Of a stretch of 32,000 nucleotides of DNA, positions 28,353-32,000 are shown one piece after another. The stretch lies in the NCBI RefSeq assembly GCF_000011805.1, contig NC_006840.2; one strand, written 5' to 3'. How positions within the stretch are numbered: the stretch's first letter is position 1; every line of letters begins with the position of its first letter. The notes beneath the pieces are model-generated. The model did not search any database. It saw only the letters and a list, made by a program, of their open reading frames with translations, and had not been told where the DNA came from. The position numbers and the translations under genes are program-made. The DNA comes from Aliivibrio fischeri ES114 (lineage in GTDB: Bacteria > Pseudomonadota > Gammaproteobacteria > Enterobacterales > Vibrionaceae).

Positions 28353-29027
28353 TTACAAAGCAAAAGGCTTCAGTATCGTCATTTCAATATCACCAATATC
28401 AGGACCTAAATATTGATGGGTTTTTACTACATTAAATTGCTCATCTAACCAGTATTGGTTTGTAAAAGAATAATCAAGAGAAGGGATGGATATTACCTCA
28501 ACAACTTCTGTTACATCTTTGTTCCAAATTGTTGTTTCTATAGTGGATTTTTCTCTTAATACCGGGGTGATATTTGCTTTATAGTTAAATAAATAATGAT
28601 CATTTAACATCCAATCATAGTGTGCAGACCAAGTGGTTTGATTTTTTGAAATAGACGCTAAAGAAGGCAAAGAGGAAGAAGAAACGGGAGTGATATTTGA
28701 TAGGTTCGCTTCAGCCAATCCCAATGTTTTAACAATGCGTCCCCCCTCAGTCACTATCATCGCTTTATCAGAAGAAAGCCATTTTAATTGCATCGCCCCA
28801 GTCGCAGGGTTCTTCTCTGCAAAAGCCAACACCATAAACAGGTTAGCTCCACCATTAATGCGAACAAAGCTGCTGGCATAAGGCAATTCGATAATCTGCT
28901 GCTTTGATAAAACCACGTCATCGGCACCAAAAAACGCTTCATCTAACGTTGCATTTACGTCATTAAATTTTGGAGTACAGGCAGAAAGCAGAAAGATAGA
29001 GAGAAAAGTAACAAGGGATTTAAACAC
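28353..29027 (-). CDS. yjbF: YjbF/GfcB-like lipoprotein
   Basis: 224 aa; lipobox FLLSACTP; PYASSFVRINGG, MLAFAEKN, WLSSDKAMIVTEGGRIVKTLGL. Confidence 0.85.
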   Translation of the reverse strand: MFKSLVTFLSIFLLSACTPKFNDVNATLDEAFFGADDVVLSKQQIIELPYASSFVRINGGANLFMVLAFAEKNPATGAMQLKWLSSDKAMIVTEGGRIVKTLGLAEANLSNITPVSSSSLPSLASISKNQTTWSAHYDWMLNDHYLFNYKANITPVLREKSTIETTIWNKDVTEVVEVISIPSLDYSFTNQYWLDEQFNVVKTHQYLGPDIGDIEMTILKPFAL

Positions 29028-29150
29028 AATAAACTCTTTATTTATAAATAGTTAGGTTGGTTTAGAGGGCGAGATATAAGTAAAAAGGGACGAAAGTGAG
29101 AGCCTAGAATTTAGTTCCTCATCCCTCGTCCCCTGTATCTGAAACTAAAA

Positions 29151-29399
29151 TTACTTAGTAGTTACAGATGTTGTTGTTGCGTCTGAGCCTGAATCAGCAA
29201 CAGCTACAACAGCAACAGCAGCAGCAACACCTACAGCGATAGCCGTAGTTGAAGCAGCGCCAGCTGCAGCTGCAGAAGCACCAGCAGTACCAGCAGCAGA
29301 GCCAGAAGTTGAAGCAGCAGTCGTTGTTGTTGCTTCAGCAGCAGCAAATGCAGATCCAGCCGTCATCGCTAACATAAGAGCAATAGCAGTCTTTTTCAT
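29151..29399 (-). CDS. yjbE: YjbE/GfcA-like small secreted Ala/Gly/Thr-rich protein
   Basis: 82 aa; signal peptide MKKTAIALMLAMTAGSAFA, low-complexity Ala/Gly/Ser/Thr body; first gene of the yjbEFGH-like operon. Confidence 0.7.
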   Translation of the reverse strand: MKKTAIALMLAMTAGSAFAAAEATTTTAASTSGSAAGTAGASAAAAGAASTTAIAVGVAAAVAVVAVADSGSDATTTSVTTK

Positions 29400-29802
29400 A
29401 AGTTACCTTACAATTTTTACATATATTGGTGAATATTTACTCACTTATTGAGCAAACATCGTGCACGGTATCATATGAAGTTCCATATGGTAAACATAAA
29501 AATCATTCTATAGATGATTAATGAATGATCATAAATTTAATAAATCTCACAAATGAAGCATATTTTGTTGCTATTGATAGAATTATCTATTGCATTTTTT
29601 TGTAGCGTATGGTTATCGAGTGTGTATAATGCCGCCACAATAAATGAATATTAATTCAATAAAGAAATTAGTGAACAGATTGGTGTTTTTGTTGTGGGTT
29701 TAATGACTCATTCATCAGTATTTTGCTCTTCTATTAATATCATTATCAATAACTGGTTAATCGTTCAATTTTGATGGTTTTCCATTAACAAATAATATTG
29801 CG

Positions 29803-29843
29803 CAGAGTGGGAACGTGCTTAACAACCTCTGGGCGGTAGCATG
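29803..29843 (+). promoter_or_regulatory. JUMPstart-like leader with ops element (RfaH recruitment)
   Basis: CAGAGTGGGAACGTGCTTAACAACCTCTGGGCGGTAGCATG; ops core GGCGGTAGC at 29832-29840 followed by ATG, about 30 nt upstream of wza. Confidence 0.88.
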
Positions 29844-29872
29844 CCTGAATTTTGTCATCTTAAGTTGAAATT

Positions 29873-31024
29873 ATGTTTATGAGTAAAACACATCGTTCTT
29901 TGGCTTCTGCTCTACTTTTGGTTATGTTGAGTGGTTGTACTGTTTTCCCTGGTTCGCACATCTCGACATCAGATAAAAACAAAGTGGAAGAAGAACAGAG
30001 TGAAGACAATCAAAATGCTTACTCTTCAGACATTAATGTGTATGAGCTAACGCCACAAAAAGTAGCGGATTACCAAGTTAAGCAAGCATCAGCTCAAGCA
30101 AATTTAGAACTTGAAGAGCAAGTGGCAAGTTACGAATACCGTGTTGGTCCTGGTGATATTTTAAACGTCACCATTTGGGACCACCCTGAGTTAACCATTC
30201 CTGCTGGTTCATACCGTAGCTCAAGTGAATCAGGTAACTGGGTTCATGCCGATGGCACCATCTTTTACCCTTACATCGGTACGGTAGAAGTGGAAGGCAA
30301 AACCGTTCGTGAAATCAGAACGGAAATTGCTCAAAAATTAAGAAAGTTTATTGAAAGCCCACAAGTGGACGTTAACGTAGCGGCGTTTCGTTCTAAAAAA
30401 GCTTACGTAACCGGTGAAGTAGATAAACCAGGTCAACAAGCCATTACCAATATTCCATTAACGCTACTTGATGCGGTTAACCGCTCGGGTGGGTTAGGTG
30501 AAGATGCAGATTGGCGAAACGTGACATTAACTCGCAATGGCAAAGAAGAAACCTTATCTCTTTATGCTCTAATGCAGCGTGGTGATTTAACTCAAAACCG
30601 TTTATTGCAATCTGGCGATATTATTCATGTTCCTCGTAACGACACTCAAAAAGTATTTGTCATGGGTGAAGTGAAAGACCCGAAACTACTTAAAATGGAC
30701 CGTTCAGGCATGAGCCTAACCGAAGCGCTAAGCAGTGTTGGTGGCATTAATGAATTATCAGCCGATGCCACAGGGGTTTTTGTTATTCGTTCATCAAGCC
30801 CAGATAAAAAACAAGAAAGCATGGCGGATATTTATCAGTTAAATATTAAAGATGCTTCTGCACTTATTATTGGTACTGAGTTTGATTTAAAACCTTACGA
30901 TATCGTTTATGTTACTGCTGCACCAATTACTCGTTGGAACCGTTTGATCATGCAACTTATGCCAACCATTACAGGCTTTAATGAGTTGACGGAAGGGGCG
31001 TTACGAGTGAAGAACTGGCCTTAA
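29873..31024 (+). CDS. wza: Outer-membrane polysaccharide export lipoprotein
   Basis: 383 aa; lipobox [57 protein letters not shown]-type SLBB regions, [22 protein letters not shown]. Internal ATG 29879 is an alternative start. Confidence 0.93.
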   Translation: MFMSKTHRSLASALLLVMLSGCTVFPGSHISTSDKNKVEEEQSEDNQNAYSSDINVYELTPQKVADYQVKQASAQANLELEEQVASYEYRVGPGDILNVTIWDHPELTIPAGSYRSSSESGNWVHADGTIFYPYIGTVEVEGKTVREIRTEIAQKLRKFIESPQVDVNVAAFRSKKAYVTGEVDKPGQQAITNIPLTLLDAVNRSGGLGEDADWRNVTLTRNGKEETLSLYALMQRGDLTQNRLLQSGDIIHVPRNDTQKVFVMGEVKDPKLLKMDRSGMSLTEALSSVGGINELSADATGVFVIRSSSPDKKQESMADIYQLNIKDASALIIGTEFDLKPYDIVYVTAAPITRWNRLIMQLMPTITGFNELTEGALRVKNWP

Positions 31025-31184
31025 ATGGTTAAAGGGACTAGGAAGAGCAGGGACTAGGGACTGGTAAAAGCAAAAGCTATAAGAATAATAATAGATTTAA
31101 ATAATTAAGGCTTAAAAAAACAGACCTTAATTAACAATAAAATAATAAGAAACAAAAAAGCACAATAATCACGGATGATTAGGT

Positions 31185-31535
31185 ATGCGATTTAAAGAAC
31201 TGGATGTATGGAAGAGAAGTTTTAAAGTATCGGTTTATATTTGTAAATCAATGAGATCTTGTAAAGATCTTGGCTTTAAAGACCAAATCTGTCGCTCATC
31301 AGTTTCTGTACCATCGAATATCGCAGAAGGATCAGAAAGAGGCTCAAATAAAGATAATATTCGCTTTCTTTTCTATGCAAAAGGCTCGTGCGCAGAGTTA
31401 CTAACTCAAGTTTTACTCGCAACAGAAATTGGCTATTTAAAAAAAGATGAAGTCAGTAATCTGATTATTGAATTAGAAGAAATCAATAAAATGATTGCAG
31501 GCTACATTAGATACTTACAGAGAACTAGGGGCTAG
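31185..31535 (+). CDS. Four-helix-bundle protein (23S rRNA-intervening-sequence protein family), second paralogue
   Basis: 116 aa; LDVWKRSFKVSVYICKSM, LGFKDQICRSSVSVPSNIAEGSERGSNKDNIRFLFYAKGSCAELLTQVLLATEIGYL; clearly homologous to the 23982-24335 product. Confidence 0.92.
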   Translation: MRFKELDVWKRSFKVSVYICKSMRSCKDLGFKDQICRSSVSVPSNIAEGSERGSNKDNIRFLFYAKGSCAELLTQVLLATEIGYLKKDEVSNLIIELEEINKMIAGYIRYLQRTRG

Positions 31536-31568
31536 TAAACGCTAGCTTAAAGGGACGAGTATAAGCAT

Positions 31569-31606
31569 TTTAAGCTCTTACTCGCCCCTTAAACCTAGTC
31601 CCTCGA
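31569..31606 (+). repeat. Direct repeat copy A (38 nt)
   Basis: TTTAAGCTCTTACTCGCCCCTTAAACCTAGTCCCTCGA; one mismatch to 31838-31875. Confidence 0.85.
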
Positions 31607-31837
31607 CTCTAATCAAAACGGATAGATTGGCTACTATCACGTAAATTGCACTTCAGCACTTACTCGCCTCTAAAGTCTATCCTTTAAGATTAATATTTAA
31701 ACAAGACGGATAGATTGACTCTCCATAGCGCAAATTGCTTCTACGCTTTTGCTCTGTCTAGTCCTTAAAATCTAGTCCCTCATTTCTAATTTCAAAATTC
31801 AAATCAAGACGGATAGGTCTAAACCAGATGTAAGACA

Positions 31838-31875
31838 TTTAAGCTCTTACTCGCCCCTAAAACCTAGTCCCTCGA
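31838..31875 (+). repeat. Direct repeat copy B (38 nt)
   Basis: TTTAAGCTCTTACTCGCCCCTAAAACCTAGTCCCTCGA, immediately upstream of the wzb-like gene. Confidence 0.85.
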
Positions 31876-31889
31876 AACTAATTTAATCC

Positions 31890-32000
31890 ATGTTCAATAA
31901 AATCTTAGTTGTCTGTGTCGGTAATATTTGCCGTTCTCCAACAGGCGAGCATATCTTAAAACAACTTCTTCCTAACAAAACTGTGGATTCTGCTGGTGTT
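31890..32000 (+). CDS. wzb: Low-molecular-weight protein-tyrosine phosphatase, 5' portion only (window edge)
   Basis: Translation MFNKILVVCVGNICRSPTGEHILKQLLPNKTVDSAGV has the LMW-PTP C(x4)CRS-type signature VCVGNICRSP. Confidence 0.9.
   Translation, partial: MFNKILVVCVGNICRSPTGEHILKQLLPNKTVDSAGV

Noticed and set aside
23982-31535. Possible diversity-generating retroelement, because Avd accessory proteins are also four-helix bundles.
   Set aside because: No reverse transcriptase ORF, template repeat or variable repeat was recognised. Both proteins match the IVS-family signature better.

Overview
This 32 kb window looks like a Vibrionaceae (probably Aliivibrio-type) cell-envelope polysaccharide region; the taxon is my inference. 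Left to right it contains: coaD (partial); LPS-core genes (GT4, waaE-like GT2, heptosyltransferase-like GT9, kdkA-like kinase, DUF3413/YejM-like sulfatase-fold protein, waaA, waaF); a co-directional 9-gene legionaminic-type nonulosonic-acid (NulO) cassette; a GT4; a small convergent protein carrying bacterial sialyltransferase-like motifs (DDG / PHR / SS); an O-antigen ligase/polymerase-like membrane protein; hldD (rfaD/gmhD); an rjg-like MBL/beta-CASP gene; a TetR regulator; a divergent yjbEFGH (gfcABCD)-like operon; and wza with an ops/JUMPstart-like leader, a four-helix-bundle (23S-rRNA intervening-sequence family) gene, and the start of a wzb-like phosphatase gene. The most unusual signals are: (1) a four-helix-bundle protein gene inside an exact 37-nt inverted repeat, sharing its ends with at least three short ORF-less elements in the window; (2) a second four-helix-bundle gene splitting wza from wzb, flanked by a different repeat family that also seems to supply an in-frame Ser-rich insertion in the rjg-like gene; (3) a candidate NulO transferase with no assigned family; (4) an apparently empty hldD-rjg O-antigen integration site. 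No CRISPR array, tRNA, rRNA or transposase was recognised.
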